Assembly (NCBI GenBank): GCA_004764695.1
Contig: SMSO01000014.1
Coordinates: 1,421,648 to 1,485,647, forward strand
Length of the DNA: 64,000 bases
Reading direction: 5' to 3'
From: Schizochytrium sp. TIO01
Lineage: Eukaryota > Protista > Bigyra: Labyrinthulomycetes
In this document: piece after piece, positions 34,116 to 45,706 of the stretch
How the letters are laid out: every line of letters starts with the position of its first letter
Numbering within the stretch: the first letter of the stretch is position 1
The notes under the pieces: model-generated
The model's database searches: none
Seen by the model: only the letters and a program-made list of their open reading frames with translations
Told to the model about the DNA's origin: nothing
Made by a program: the position numbers and the translations under genes

Positions 34116-36605
34116 ATGGCACCGCTCAGCACACCGCTGGTGCGGGCGCTTACGGGCGGCAAAGCCGTACCTTCGGCCTGGAAGCCCTCAGCCAAGAGGC
34201 TCCTGTGCAGATCTTTGGCCACAGAGAGCGCCCAAAAGTCCGGCAAAGGCGCCGCCAAGGACGCTAATAACGTGCAAGATGCGAAGGCAGCTGCAGCTGA
34301 AGCCCGCAAGATGCATGCAGAAAAGTCCAGGATTGTTGTAGACCACCGCGCTGCAGTTTGGGACGCTGAGGTTGCACGTCAATTGGAGCAGATTCACGGC
34401 AAAGACCCTATTGAGGTTAAGGTGGACTGCGGAAGTGGCGAGACAGTCTCAGTTGATGCAAACAATACAACCATTCAAGACCTCCCTTGGTCTTCTTCGG
34501 ACTCAAAGATGAAAGACCCGCTAGTGGCGAGAGTCACAGTCGGAGAGCGCAGCTTCCTGGTGGATATGGCGATTCCGCTGGCAAGCGTGTTGGAGAAGGA
34601 TGAGATCGAGGAGAAGAAGCCTATTAAGGTGGAGGTTTTTGGGTTCGATTCACCGGAAGGCCGAGACACATTTTGGCATTCGAGTGCACATGTTCTTGGA
34701 CATGCACTTGAGACAGAACTTGGGCATCAAGATATTATGATTGATGATGGACCCCCGCTTGCAGCGAAGACAACAATTGACTCTGGCCTTGTTGCACCTG
34801 GCCAAGGCGGATTTTTCTACGACTTTGACTTTGCAAACAATGCCCAAAACCCACGTGGGATCACTCCAGAGGATATCAAAAACGTCAATTCCATTGCCAA
34901 CAAAATCTTGAAGGAAGGAGCAGCCTTTGAACGCCTTGAGCTTCCCCAGGATGTTGCACGAGATATGTTCCGGTACAACCAGCGTAAGCTCGAGATGATT
35001 GAGCGCCTCGGACCCGACGCCCGGCTCACGGCCTATCGCATGGGTAAGTTCATTGATCTTTGCCGCGGCCCTCATGTGCCCAGTGCTGCCAAGCTTGGAA
35101 GGGGTGGTTTCAAGGCACTTCGTGCTGCTGGTCTTAACGGTGGATTCCATGCTCAACGTGTGTACGGCACCGCCTTTCCGGATAAGGATAGCCTTGTGGA
35201 CTGGACAAACCGCACCGAAGAGGCAAGCAAGCGTGACCATCGTGTGCTCGGTCGCAAGCAAGCGCTTTTCTCCTTTGACGAAGTTAGCCCCGGCAGTGCC
35301 TTCATGTTGCCGCATGGTACTATCATTTACAACCGCCTCGTCGCGATGCTTCGTGATCAATATGAATCTCGGGGCTATGATGAAGTCATGACGCCGCTTA
35401 TCTACCGCAGTTCTCTCTGGAAGCGTTCTGGTCATTTACAAAACTACAAGGAAAACATGTTTCGCGTTACAGAGCACGTTCCTGAGAACGAGCAGCTCGC
35501 AACTACAGACGAGACCAAGGATGGCATGAGCCCTGATCACAACCACGGCGCCTGTGGCCACGGTCATTCATCTGCTGAGGACGATGAGATGGGACTGAAA
35601 CCCATGAACTGTCCTGGCCACTGCGTTCTTTTTGCGCAGTCAATCAAGTCTTTTCGTGAACTCCCCGTTCGTATCGCTGACTTCTCCGCGCTCCACCGTA
35701 ACGAGATATCTGGCGCTCTTGGTGGCCTCACTCGCCTGCGCAGATTTCACCAGGATGACGCTCACATTTTCTGTTTGCCCGAACAAATTGAGGAAGAGAT
35801 TCTTTCTTGCATTGACTTTGTCAAGCACGTGTATCATGACCTCTTTGACTTTACCTTTACCATGGCGCTGTCGACTCGCCCACTAGACGGCAAGAGCATT
35901 GGCGGAGATGCTGATTGGGAACGCGCTGAGACTGCACTGGAGAAGGTTCTTGTGGCTACTGGTCTGCCGTGGCGCAAGGACCCTGGTGAAGCTGCGTTCT
36001 ATGGTCCCAAGATTGATATCTCCATCACTGATGCCCTCGGTCGCTCGCACCAATGCGCGACTATCCAGCTTGACTTTCAGCTTCCAGAACGGTTTGATCT
36101 GGAGTACATTACCCCAGAGGGCACCCGGAAGCGCCCTGTGATGATTCACCGCGCTGTTTTGGGCTCTGTGGAGCGCTTCTTGGCTATTCTCCTTGAGCAT
36201 ACCAATGGCAAGTGGCCTTTTTGGCTCAGCCCGCGCCAAATTGCCATCTTACCTGTTGGAGAGGCCCAGCAGGCAGCTGCGGAGGCTGCGGCTGAGCGCC
36301 TTCGCCTCGCTGCTGCCCCTGATGCCGAATTTATGAAGAGTCCAAGCTCTGCCGGTGTCACGGTCCACGTGGATGGCAACAATAGCTCTTTGGCCAAGCG
36401 TGTTCGTAATAACCAACAGGCTCCGTATAATGTTATCGCTGTAATTGGCGAAAAGGAGGTGGAGTCCAATTCGATATCTCTTCGCTCCAATGACGGCCAG
36501 ACCATTCTAGAAGAGTACCCTTTGGATCAGGCTGTCGAAGATGTACGCCGTGCTGTGTTGTCACGCTCCACAGTGCGCTTCCCGTTTGGTGGCGCGAGGC
36601 CTTAA
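34116..36605 (+). CDS. TARS2: Threonyl-tRNA synthetase, probably mitochondrial
   Basis: First ATG at 34116. Basic presequence. FWHSSAHVLG, GFFYD, DLCRGPH, RDHRVLG, LKPMNCPGHC, LHRNE.SGALGGLTRLRRFHQDDAHIFC, AFYGPKID, QCATIQLDFQLP, IHRAVLGSVERF, WPFWLSPRQ. Confidence 0.95.
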   Translation: MAPLSTPLVRALTGGKAVPSAWKPSAKRLLCRSLATESAQKSGKGAAKDANNVQDAKAAAAEARKMHAEKSRIVVDHRAAVWDAEVARQLEQIHGKDPIEVKVDCGSGETVSVDANNTTIQDLPWSSSDSKMKDPLVARVTVGERSFLVDMAIPLASVLEKDEIEEKKPIKVEVFGFDSPEGRDTFWHSSAHVLGHALETELGHQDIMIDDGPPLAAKTTIDSGLVAPGQGGFFYDFDFANNAQNPRGITPEDIKNVNSIANKILKEGAAFERLELPQDVARDMFRYNQRKLEMIERLGPDARLTAYRMGKFIDLCRGPHVPSAAKLGRGGFKALRAAGLNGGFHAQRVYGTAFPDKDSLVDWTNRTEEASKRDHRVLGRKQALFSFDEVSPGSAFMLPHGTIIYNRLVAMLRDQYESRGYDEVMTPLIYRSSLWKRSGHLQNYKENMFRVTEHVPENEQLATTDETKDGMSPDHNHGACGHGHSSAEDDEMGLKPMNCPGHCVLFAQSIKSFRELPVRIADFSALHRNEISGALGGLTRLRRFHQDDAHIFCLPEQIEEEILSCIDFVKHVYHDLFDFTFTMALSTRPLDGKSIGGDADWERAETALEKVLVATGLPWRKDPGEAAFYGPKIDISITDALGRSHQCATIQLDFQLPERFDLEYITPEGTRKRPVMIHRAVLGSVERFLAILLEHTNGKWPFWLSPRQIAILPVGEAQQAAAEAAAERLRLAAAPDAEFMKSPSSAGVTVHVDGNNSSLAKRVRNNQQAPYNVIAVIGEKEVESNSISLRSNDGQTILEEYPLDQAVEDVRRAVLSRSTVRFPFGGARP

Positions 36606-37222
36606 GGAGACTTATGCTTGAGTACTTCAAAAACTACTCCTGATTCCAAACTGTGCGTTAGCGTTCTCTATTGGACAAACAACAGTTCGTTGTATTACGC
36701 GGATTGCGGTGATGCGGTATGGATAGAAGACTCGACGTCTATTCTCTTTACTTGGATCATCCAATTCTTACTAATGAAATTATAAATCCTAAGAAAACCA
36801 AAAATAATCCATTAATACCATCGTAGCGAGAGGTGTACAACCAGCCAATACTAACGTTCATTATATGTTGTTATGGTACTATGCCCGATGTTCATTTGAA
36901 AAAATGCTAGCTTTGAATTGTTCTTCATTTCCTCCCTTGTAATTATTCCACATGAAGGACCCATATATAACCAAGGACGCACGTACTTCTCTAACGTGTC
37001 CGGATAAACTTTCATTCGCATTGTATTGTTACTTTCTGCATTTAGTGCGAAAGTATGTGTTGATTCTAGAGTCCTTGGATTAAGCTTGTAAAGGCTTTAA
37101 AAGGGAAACGAAACAGAAAAAAGAAAAAGAACCTGGCCAAGACGCCTCGTATCAGCAAGGATATGATCGGTCAAGATTGAATTGGAGTTATCATATATTT
37201 ATGTTTATAGTTTATTATGTAT

Positions 37223-40200
37223 CTAGTTCTTCTTGATTGGCGCAAGCTCCCAGCCATCATCATTGACCTCATCACCCAAGCGAAGCTCATTCTCATGGAA
37301 ATCAGGGAGAGCAAGGCGCTGTGAAATTGTAATTAGAGTGATGCCAGCCTCAGCAGCAATTTGGTAAGCCTTGAGCTCAGCATCCACAGACACGGCACTG
37401 GTAGCTTCGTCAATGACAGCAAATTTGGGCTCGTGATAGAAGAGACGAGCCATACCAATACGTTGCTGCTCACCCAAGGAGAGAGTGTCCTCCCACTTTG
37501 CCACAGAAAACCATCCACCCTCACGGTCAACCAAGTATTCTACGCCAACGAGAGAGAGCAGCTCACGGAAGTGCTTATCATGCTCAGGTGTAAAAGACTC
37601 CTCGGAGATTTCCTCAGGGTAGCAGATCTGCGAAGCCAAGGATCCCTGAACAGAGTAAGGTTTCTGCGGAACAAGGAAGACCTCATCGGGAGTCACGATA
37701 CCATCTGCACCGCAGGGACGAGAGATAAAAGCACTGCCGTCCTTTGGCGGAATAGGCCAAAGTCCTGCAAGTGTGCGCTGCAAAGAAGACTTGCCGGATG
37801 CAGTAGGACCGGTTACAAGCAAAGATTCGTGCGGCTTGACCTTGAAGGAGAGGTTTGCCGCAACACAAAGATTACCCGGGGCAACAATGTCGACGTTGTG
37901 GAACTCGATGGAGCCATCCTCAGACGGGCGCAGCTCGCCTTGCTGCACACGTTGGGTAGCAAGGTCCTGGAGCACGTAATAGAAATCAGTAACGTTCTCA
38001 AGAGTACCCACAAACTGTCCAAGCTGTTCCGCAAGATCAAAAGCATCGCCAAACGACTTAAAGGTGGCCATCACAATCTGTTGAATGTACTCACCAATGG
38101 AAGAAATAGATGATGCATCGCCACGAAGAACAGCATCATCAGAAGTGTAGCCCTGGGCAAAGAGCATACGCAAAGCAAAAGCAACAAGATCTGGGGTCTG
38201 CTTGATGCTAAAGTTCTGAAACAGCTGGAAGCGGAAGTTCAGGAGCTGAGTTTGCTTGATGTGCTGTGCAAGATCCTCGAGGCGACCGTTGGCGATCTCG
38301 TGCTCGACATCATCACCTCCGAAGAAGGCAACACTTTCCGTGTGGATAGACAGACGGTTGTGCACAGAGCGGAAACGACCTTCAAGCTGGAACTCCTTGC
38401 GCTGAATGGCACGAAAGTTGGGTACAATAAAACGCATCACCGCCGCAGCACCGCCCATGTAACCTACAACGTAGGTCATGCCTCCAGCACCGACAACACG
38501 GTAGAGCATGTAGGTGTTGAAGGAGATATCGAAGGCAGGCTTAAGAAGAGAAGTCCACAGTTCCGTGAGGGAGATGGAAAGTGCCTCAACCTGCTCAGAA
38601 ATGCGTTCGTCAGGGTCATCAATGCGGGTATCGTGGTTCTGAACATCGTAAAACACATTGCCTTGAAAGTAGAGGTCCATCAAAGCCTTAGTGAGACGTG
38701 CGCGCCAAGCAACATTCAGGTACCATTTATGCTTCATCATGAGAGCATCGAACACACTCAAGAAGGTACGAGCAAGAGCACCAGCGGCCATAGCACGAGC
38801 GAAGACGCCAAACTTATCTTGGGTTACAGTAGAAAGGATGTAGCCATCGAAACGAGCAATCGCATCAGCCAGCAATGTCTTTCCGACAATGAGGCTTGCA
38901 AGCAAAAGAACACGCTTAGCCTCAGTATCGTGGAGAGAGATACCTTGGGGGAGGAAAATCTTCATCAAGTCCTTGAAGCGGGTCCAGGTAGATACGGTAG
39001 GGAGACCAGACTTGGACAGTACAGCAAGCTTGTTTGTAAGTTCCTTGGTCTTTGCGGCGGCGTCACTGTAAGGTTGAGAGCGTTTTCGAAGACGTTCGCG
39101 TTCCAGGAGAGCATCACCCTTATTCTCCTTGAAGTAAGCAGCCGAGTAACCACCAACAGCAGCCTCGCCAGAGTCTCCAGCAGCTGCTTCAGCGGCACGA
39201 GCAATGATATCCTTTTCAGCTACACCCTTTGCACGAAGGTCATTTTTAGCCTTACCACGCTTCGTCTCGCGCCATTCCCAACCGCCTTCACCGTCACCAA
39301 GGATATTGAGAACGACATCATGATAACGTTCCAAAACAGGGCGGTGAGAGATAGTAATGCAAGTGACTCCTTCTGCCTCGAGTTGTTCGTAGAAGCGGCG
39401 TTCAAGAGAGGCGCTCACACCAGAACTGCACTCGTCAAGGATGAGAAACTGAGGCTTGTGGAAGAAAACACGGGCCATGGCTAGACGTTGCTTCTCACCC
39501 ATACTCAAGATGGCGTCCCAATCAACTTCACGTCCTTCACGAACATCTTCGCGGTCTAAGAGGTAGCCAAGATCCACCTTGTGCATGAGAGCTTCGAGTT
39601 GCGCATCAGGGATCTTCTCAGCCTGGTGTTCGAGGAGGGGGTAGAGCATATTAGCTTGAAGGGATCCAAGAGCGACATACGGCTTCTGCGGGAGGTAAAA
39701 GACTTCCTTATTCAGACCAGGCTCTCCACCACCAGGTTTGGTAATGGTACCGGGTTCAGGGATAGGCCAAAGGGAACCAAGAGCACGGAAGGTAGAGGAT
39801 TTTCCACTGCCATTCACACCGGTCAAAAGCATCGAGGTACCTGCGTCAATGTGAAAGTTGAGATCCTTAATGAGCAAATGGCCAGTCGGAGTGTACACCT
39901 GAACGTCCTTGAACTCAATGCGCTTAGGATTATTGATGAAAGTCGTAGAGGTTGCCTTCTGCTGTTCAAAGTCATCCATCGTGTGGAAGAGCTCCGTAAG
40001 GCGTTTGGCAGGTCCCTTCATGTTCATCAACGTGCGAAGGACGGCAATGACAGTTCCCTGGGCAGACATGGCACGGATAAAGTACTCAGTGACAAAGCGA
40101 ATATGAGAGAACAGCTCGGCATTAGCGGCGACCTTTTCCTTGTTAGTGACAGCATTGCGAAGAGCAGTCTTAACCTCAGACGAACCAAGAACAAATTTGC

Positions 40201-41218
40201 CTACAATAAGCGCCTGAGCAAAGGAGTGACCGCCATATTCAAAGAGAGCTGAAGACACAAACTGAAAGAGGGAGGCATCACGCACAAACACCAAAGCGTA
40301 GCTCAAGAAGTCTGACCAGGAGTCCTCAATGATGGCACGTTCGCGGTTGCCACCCTGATAAGCAGCAATCGCCTCTGAATGCGACAACAAACGAGAATGG
40401 TTCTTTTGGTAGATACCACGCTTGTCGAGCATAGTGCGCCAGCGCTTGCTCCAGTTGGGTGCAAGAGAGACCGAGGCTTGGAAGGCAATGTAAAAGTAAA
40501 TCAGAGGAGAAATGGCATACAGAGGGGAAGAAATCGTTGCGAGCTTGTAAGTAAAGAAGACACCACTGGTCATGGACGCACTCAGCTTCTCCATCTCGTC
40601 TGCAAGACCCTTGCAGAAACGGCGAGGGTCACGGGTGATCCGCTCCTCAACATCAGCAATCTCGCCCTTGTTCATGTGGCTAATCTTGTAGTACATCATG
40701 TTCGTAAAGAACTGGCGGTGCAGCTGGCGAGTGAGCTTCTGGCGCCACACTAAGGTAAGACGCTCCTTGAGAAAGCGGTGGGTGGCAAAGATCAAACTGC
40801 TCAAGATACTGAGCACCACTGTCTGGCGAATAACCGAGCGGAACTGTTCCTGGTTACGCTGGTAGGTGGCCTGCATGAGATCACGCTTCACGTACACCAT
40901 GCGGTTCTGATGCCATGTTCGCAGCACAGACATGGCAAAGATAGCCACAAGTTCAAGCTGTCCAGACTTGGCATCCGGGTCTTTTTTGAGATCCTTGGAA
41001 GAGTGTCCAAACGGCCACAGACGCCAGAAGATCTCTGTCATGGGATCAACTTTCTTCTTCCTAGGCTTGTCATCTCCAGAGGCTCCCTTCGCAGCCCGAG
41101 CCTTACGACGAGCAGCATCCTGCTTCTGTTTGTACACGTATGCACCAGTGGCAAGAGCAGCTACAATTGCTACGCGACGCATGGTCGCGTTCGACGTTGA
41201 AGTGGTTGTTGCAGACAT
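37223..41218 (-). CDS. Full-length peroxisomal ABCD fatty-acyl-CoA transporter (two fused TMD-NBD halves; COMATOSE/PXA1-like)
   Basis: Two EAA motifs (HSEAIAAYQGG; HTESVAFFGG), two Walker A (GVNGSGKSS; GPTASGKSS), signatures LSMGEKQRL and LSLGEQQRI, Walker B ILDE and VIDE. Confidence 0.93.
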   Translation of the reverse strand: MSATTTSTSNATMRRVAIVAALATGAYVYKQKQDAARRKARAAKGASGDDKPRKKKVDPMTEIFWRLWPFGHSSKDLKKDPDAKSGQLELVAIFAMSVLRTWHQNRMVYVKRDLMQATYQRNQEQFRSVIRQTVVLSILSSLIFATHRFLKERLTLVWRQKLTRQLHRQFFTNMMYYKISHMNKGEIADVEERITRDPRRFCKGLADEMEKLSASMTSGVFFTYKLATISSPLYAISPLIYFYIAFQASVSLAPNWSKRWRTMLDKRGIYQKNHSRLLSHSEAIAAYQGGNRERAIIEDSWSDFLSYALVFVRDASLFQFVSSALFEYGGHSFAQALIVGKFVLGSSEVKTALRNAVTNKEKVAANAELFSHIRFVTEYFIRAMSAQGTVIAVLRTLMNMKGPAKRLTELFHTMDDFEQQKATSTTFINNPKRIEFKDVQVYTPTGHLLIKDLNFHIDAGTSMLLTGVNGSGKSSTFRALGSLWPIPEPGTITKPGGGEPGLNKEVFYLPQKPYVALGSLQANMLYPLLEHQAEKIPDAQLEALMHKVDLGYLLDREDVREGREVDWDAILSMGEKQRLAMARVFFHKPQFLILDECSSGVSASLERRFYEQLEAEGVTCITISHRPVLERYHDVVLNILGDGEGGWEWRETKRGKAKNDLRAKGVAEKDIIARAAEAAAGDSGEAAVGGYSAAYFKENKGDALLERERLRKRSQPYSDAAAKTKELTNKLAVLSKSGLPTVSTWTRFKDLMKIFLPQGISLHDTEAKRVLLLASLIVGKTLLADAIARFDGYILSTVTQDKFGVFARAMAAGALARTFLSVFDALMMKHKWYLNVAWRARLTKALMDLYFQGNVFYDVQNHDTRIDDPDERISEQVEALSISLTELWTSLLKPAFDISFNTYMLYRVVGAGGMTYVVGYMGGAAAVMRFIVPNFRAIQRKEFQLEGRFRSVHNRLSIHTESVAFFGGDDVEHEIANGRLEDLAQHIKQTQLLNFRFQLFQNFSIKQTPDLVAFALRMLFAQGYTSDDAVLRGDASSISSIGEYIQQIVMATFKSFGDAFDLAEQLGQFVGTLENVTDFYYVLQDLATQRVQQGELRPSEDGSIEFHNVDIVAPGNLCVAANLSFKVKPHESLLVTGPTASGKSSLQRTLAGLWPIPPKDGSAFISRPCGADGIVTPDEVFLVPQKPYSVQGSLASQICYPEEISEESFTPEHDKHFRELLSLVGVEYLVDREGGWFSVAKWEDTLSLGEQQRIGMARLFYHEPKFAVIDEATSAVSVDAELKAYQIAAEAGITLITISQRLALPDFHENELRLGDEVNDDGWELAPIKKN

Positions 41219-41964
41219 TTTCTAGCACTTTGCTTGCTTGCTTGCTTGTCACTGCAATCCAATCTATATCAATTCAGAAAGTGTCCACCACAAACCTTGC
41301 GGCAAGCTCTAGCCTCGCAAGATTGCCTTACTTTAGTAGACAAAGTCAACGGCGACACAAACTCTGCAATCTTGAGCAAGGTGCGTTCAGGAAGCACCAA
41401 ATTAACCAAGTCACTAAGCAGAGAGAAAGCAGTCCTCTTCGAAGTGGACACAGCCGCTACGCCGCGCTGGGAACCCCAGACTGGCGTACAAACTACGACC
41501 GACGCTGCGGACGCGTCGACCGGCAACTTCAGAGCAGTGCCGACAGCCCCGGCTCCGCTCCCCGCGCCGCTCTCGCGCCCGGCAGCCGCGCAAGCAGTCT
41601 GCCCAGTTGAGAGTCTGCTCGGCCTCCAAGGCAATCATCGATTACATCAACACATTATACCTCCCAAAGAGAAAGTACCTGCGATCCACACCTACATACA
41701 AGTTTATATGTACATCTCCTCCTTCCATCATCTCCCTGCTTTCCTGCGATCCCTGCCTTATGCTATTTATCATATGTATAACTATTGGACATCAAAAATA
41801 TTACCATACTGAATATTATTAATCCAATACGAGATATCAGTTAGCATCACAGGATAAGGAGCAGTGTCTGGCACGTTGTAGGCAACGTTAACAGTCACAC
41901 CAGCAAACTGACACTTAAACAGGCCAAAGCAAGCAAACAATTAAATAAACTCTTTAAAATAGAA

Positions 41965-42052
41965 AATCAATTAATCAATCAATCAATCACAATCAATCGA
42001 TCAATCAATCAATCAATCAACCAAACAAACAAACAAACAAACAAACAAACGA
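41965..42052. repeat. (AATC)n followed by (AAAC)n microsatellite
   Basis: Directly visible tandem tetranucleotides. Confidence 0.9.
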
Positions 42053-45000
42053 ACGGAGAGCAGAAACGCGAGGCGAGAGCATGGCAGTCTGCGAGTATCC
42101 ATGCCTCGCGAGGCCTCTTCGCCGTCTTTCATTCGCGCCGCCGCGTTAGCTTGCTGGGCTAGCTAGCTTCCCCGAAAGCCTCTGGCTGCTGCCTCATCGC
42201 CGTTGTATGTGAGCGTGAATCGCAGTTTCTTTCACTTGGGAGAAAGAGAATAGCAGAGCGAAGAAATGCATTTCAAAGCGCATGAAAATTAATTTCAAAG
42301 CGCCGCATAGCCGATTCTATAGGACCCCGCTAGCGCCGCGGCACTTTCAGATCTCAAAGAGATTATTGCAGCGAAGAGAATGAATGAAAGACAGAGATCC
42401 TCAACTTTATGATGATTCGCAATTTACTTTTACTCTCTTTTCTTCTCTTTTCTTCTCTTGTTTCTTATTCTTATTGGAGTAAGTACGCACAAACTGTGGA
42501 ATTAATTGTTGATGTACATGAAGCGCAGTCTTTGACGGCGATTTACAGATTCGCGCAATTCGCTGAGATCATATCTGCGGAATTGCTCCGCCGAATTGAA
42601 GACAGATAGTCGAGGGCGCTTGCGTGTCTGGGGCTCGATGTGGCTGGCTATTGAGCGGGTGCGCCTGATCACTACAAGGTTAGTTGCGACAGCAGTGAAC
42701 GCAAGGCAAGTTCTTCATGGCATCTCATGGAATGCTGATGCGAGACGAAGCACGCAGAAGCACGTGAGTGCATGCATGGTCTGTTGGGATTGTGCTGGGA
42801 TGAATAACTAACTCTATGCACAGACAGTTTGACTTACTTAGGTCAGCGGATCAGAATGTGGAAATCGTATTTCTAAGAGCTGCAAATGTTCTTAGAGGGG
42901 AGACTCCATGCAGACCTTTTGCCAGTTTCCTTAGTCGCCGGAAGAGAGGTTATTCCTGCCTCTTGCAAATTCAACTCTAGAGATCTACCCACCAACTTTT
43001 GACAGTATTGCACATGAAACGTACCTCAAGCACAGTGCAAAGTGTTTCGTTTCTGAGGTGTAGACGCTACAGATGCAAAGTGGCATAGAAAGGCTCTTTT
43101 CCAAGAAAGGCAAGGAACTTGGAGCTCTATATTTGCGTCCTCCTCCTCCATCTGGGCAAGCCAGCAAACTAGAACCTTCAGACCCTGAGTTCCGGAACGC
43201 ATATTCGTGGCACCACGTTTTGTTTTTATTCGGGAAACAGAGTCATCCTTGCAAGACCTTCATCAAAATCTCGTTTTCAACTGCCTTTAAACCTGGTTCA
43301 TCAGGCAAGTAAGTAAATGAATGCGCCTCATCACTATTGACCATACAAAGCTGCACAAATAACCCTGCACCGGGTATTCTTCAACTTGACCAGCACAGAG
43401 CTCGTTGCCGTTGCGGTCAAGAAGGATGTATTTCACAAGTACTCCAGATAGTTTATGATCTTGCATCCATCCATTCGCGAAGATTGTAGCTGAAAGACCT
43501 AACTAATAACTTTGCATTGCACAACCTCTGTATATATATATATATATCCATATCCAAATAGTCCGCTGCTTCGCAGCTAAAATGAAATAGTAGATAAACA
43601 GACCACCGAATTCTAGCTAGCTAAATAGCTGCCTCAAAAGTCAGCGTCTTCAGTTTGATCACGCTCGGTGCTTCCCTTGATAGCGAACGATACAATTCTT
43701 ACGCAACACATATTCATTCACACAATCAACACGAAAAGAGCAATATCCATCAGGAAAAGAGAAATTCCGCGTCATCAGTGAGTGAGTCCCATCTTCATAG
43801 TTTCCCTCCTTGGCCCCTAGTGTGTCCAAAATACAGTGTAATTCAAGAAGGAGCAGGCCTTTTCTAGTCTTAATGGGGCTATTTTATAATACCTGTAGGG
43901 ATCGGAAACACGCTTAAGCGTTGTAGGAAAGAACGAGCTAAGAAAGAACAAAAAGTGGTCACTGCGCACGGAGATGGCAATGATAAGTAAGAGCAGGGTA
44001 AATTGGAGGGAGTCCTGTGGATGGAATAGCTTTAATGCCAACGGCTAGTTTCACCGGATACGACCTGGGCAAGATGGCGCAACAACAGGACGGCTGACGA
44101 AGAAGCCTTGCGAAGGAGCTTATGGGAAAAGAAGCTACGGACTGATTTTCATTTGGAATGAGGGAGCTAAATTATGACTGAATATGATCTGCCAATAGAA
44201 TAGAATGAAAATACATTGGTTATTTTCGGAGAGTTATTAGTGGATATCCGTGGAGTTGAGTCTCGCGGCGAGATGAAATGTGGAAGTGTGAGTCATCCTG
44301 CAGAACTTCGGGCATTAATAAGATCCGTTATGAGGCAAGCCAACTAAATTGTGCAGCACGTGTACAAGCTGCAGCTTAATACAAAATTCTCGCGACAACG
44401 TATTATAGGTTCCGCCAATCTTCACACGACTACCACCAGGTCTCCCTACACTTGGTGGCTCAATGAACCAGTGCGGGAAACAGACTCAACAAATGATGCT
44501 GGCGTGAAGCGCGTGCCTCAAGTGCCGAATCAGACGTACTATGATTTCTCTAAAACATTTCTTCCAAAGTGGGAATTCATAGGCCATATACGACTTGACC
44601 GTTTATGAGGCCGCTCATTCAAAACTCAGGTCAACGTCTATATTGGCCTGCACGTTGACTATAGACCACGAAGTACACACTGTGACCAAAGGAAAAGATT
44701 AAGCGTGCACACTAACGTGCGCGCTCTAAGTTTCATCTGTCCAACTGAACAGATTGGCACTAACTCATTGTACTAACGAACATGAGACCATGGCAGGCAA
44801 GCACCTCCAAATAAAGAACTGCCAAACTCAAAACTCGTGGCAAACCTTCAACAGTCTATCTCAGAAAAGGAAGCTTCCATAAATCCAAAGTATCTACAGA
44901 CAGGCCTCCCTTGTAGTTTACGAAGAATTGCATTTCAACGACGACAGCAGGCTTCTTGGCGAAACCTCGTTGCCGTCGAAAAACAGTTTTCCAATACACA

Positions 45001-45106
45001 CATTTCGAGGTTGACAACAAAGCTCGTCTACTGAGACTTGAGTAAGTAATCTTTGCTGCAGGCAAGCACAATAGCTGTACAATTTTATAGATTAGGATAG
45101 ATAAAA

Positions 45107-45706
45107 ATGGGTAACGGAGCATCAGTCACCGGCGCGCCTGTCGCGCAGCCAACTGCTGAGGCTCTTCGCGCTAAGCTTGACGCTATCAAGCTTGAGGCAA
45201 ACAATGAGACTCGTGAGTTCGACACCCCTCGAGGTGTTAGTGCCAAGGCTGAAGTTGAACGTTTGCGTGCCCTCTTAAAGACAACTATTGAGGATGGAGT
45301 TCATCTTGAAGAGGTTCTCAAGACTATTGAGGCCCCGCCAGCAGAAGATTCGGAAGATGATGGACCCGATGAGCGCAGGCCTTGCTCCAAGTGTGGCCGC
45401 AAGTTCAACCCAGATCGTGTTGACAAACATGAGAGTGTGTGCAAGGGTGATACCAAGAAGGCTTCTGAGGGTGGTGATGGTTCAGAGCCACCTGCTGCAG
45501 ATACTGATACAGGTTCTGAAGGCACAAACAGCCGTCCTGGATCATCAAAGTGGAAGGAGGATCGTGCAAAGATGAAGGAGCAGCTCAAGAAGGATCAGGA
45601 GGCTGCCAAGAGCAAGAAGGCTAGCGGAGATGAGGACGAGGCCGCCGGCGATGCAACTGAGGTTGCCGTACCTGACGGAGAAGCACCAGCTGCTGATGCA
45701 GAGTAA
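45107..45706 (+). CDS. Small acidic protein with a zf-C2HC_2-type zinc finger and predicted N-myristoylation
   Basis: MGNGAS (MGxxxS). PCSKCGRKFNPDRVDKHESVC (CxxC..H...C, ZC2HC1/FAM164-like). Later KWK..R motif. Confidence 0.8.
   Translation: MGNGASVTGAPVAQPTAEALRAKLDAIKLEANNETREFDTPRGVSAKAEVERLRALLKTTIEDGVHLEEVLKTIEAPPAEDSEDDGPDERRPCSKCGRKFNPDRVDKHESVCKGDTKKASEGGDGSEPPAADTDTGSEGTNSRPGSSKWKEDRAKMKEQLKKDQEAAKSKKASGDEDEAAGDATEVAVPDGEAPAADAE

Noticed and set aside
37361-41200. Several long + strand ORFs (up to 410 aa) antisense to the ABCD gene
   Set aside because: Codon-bias shadows; no domain signatures.
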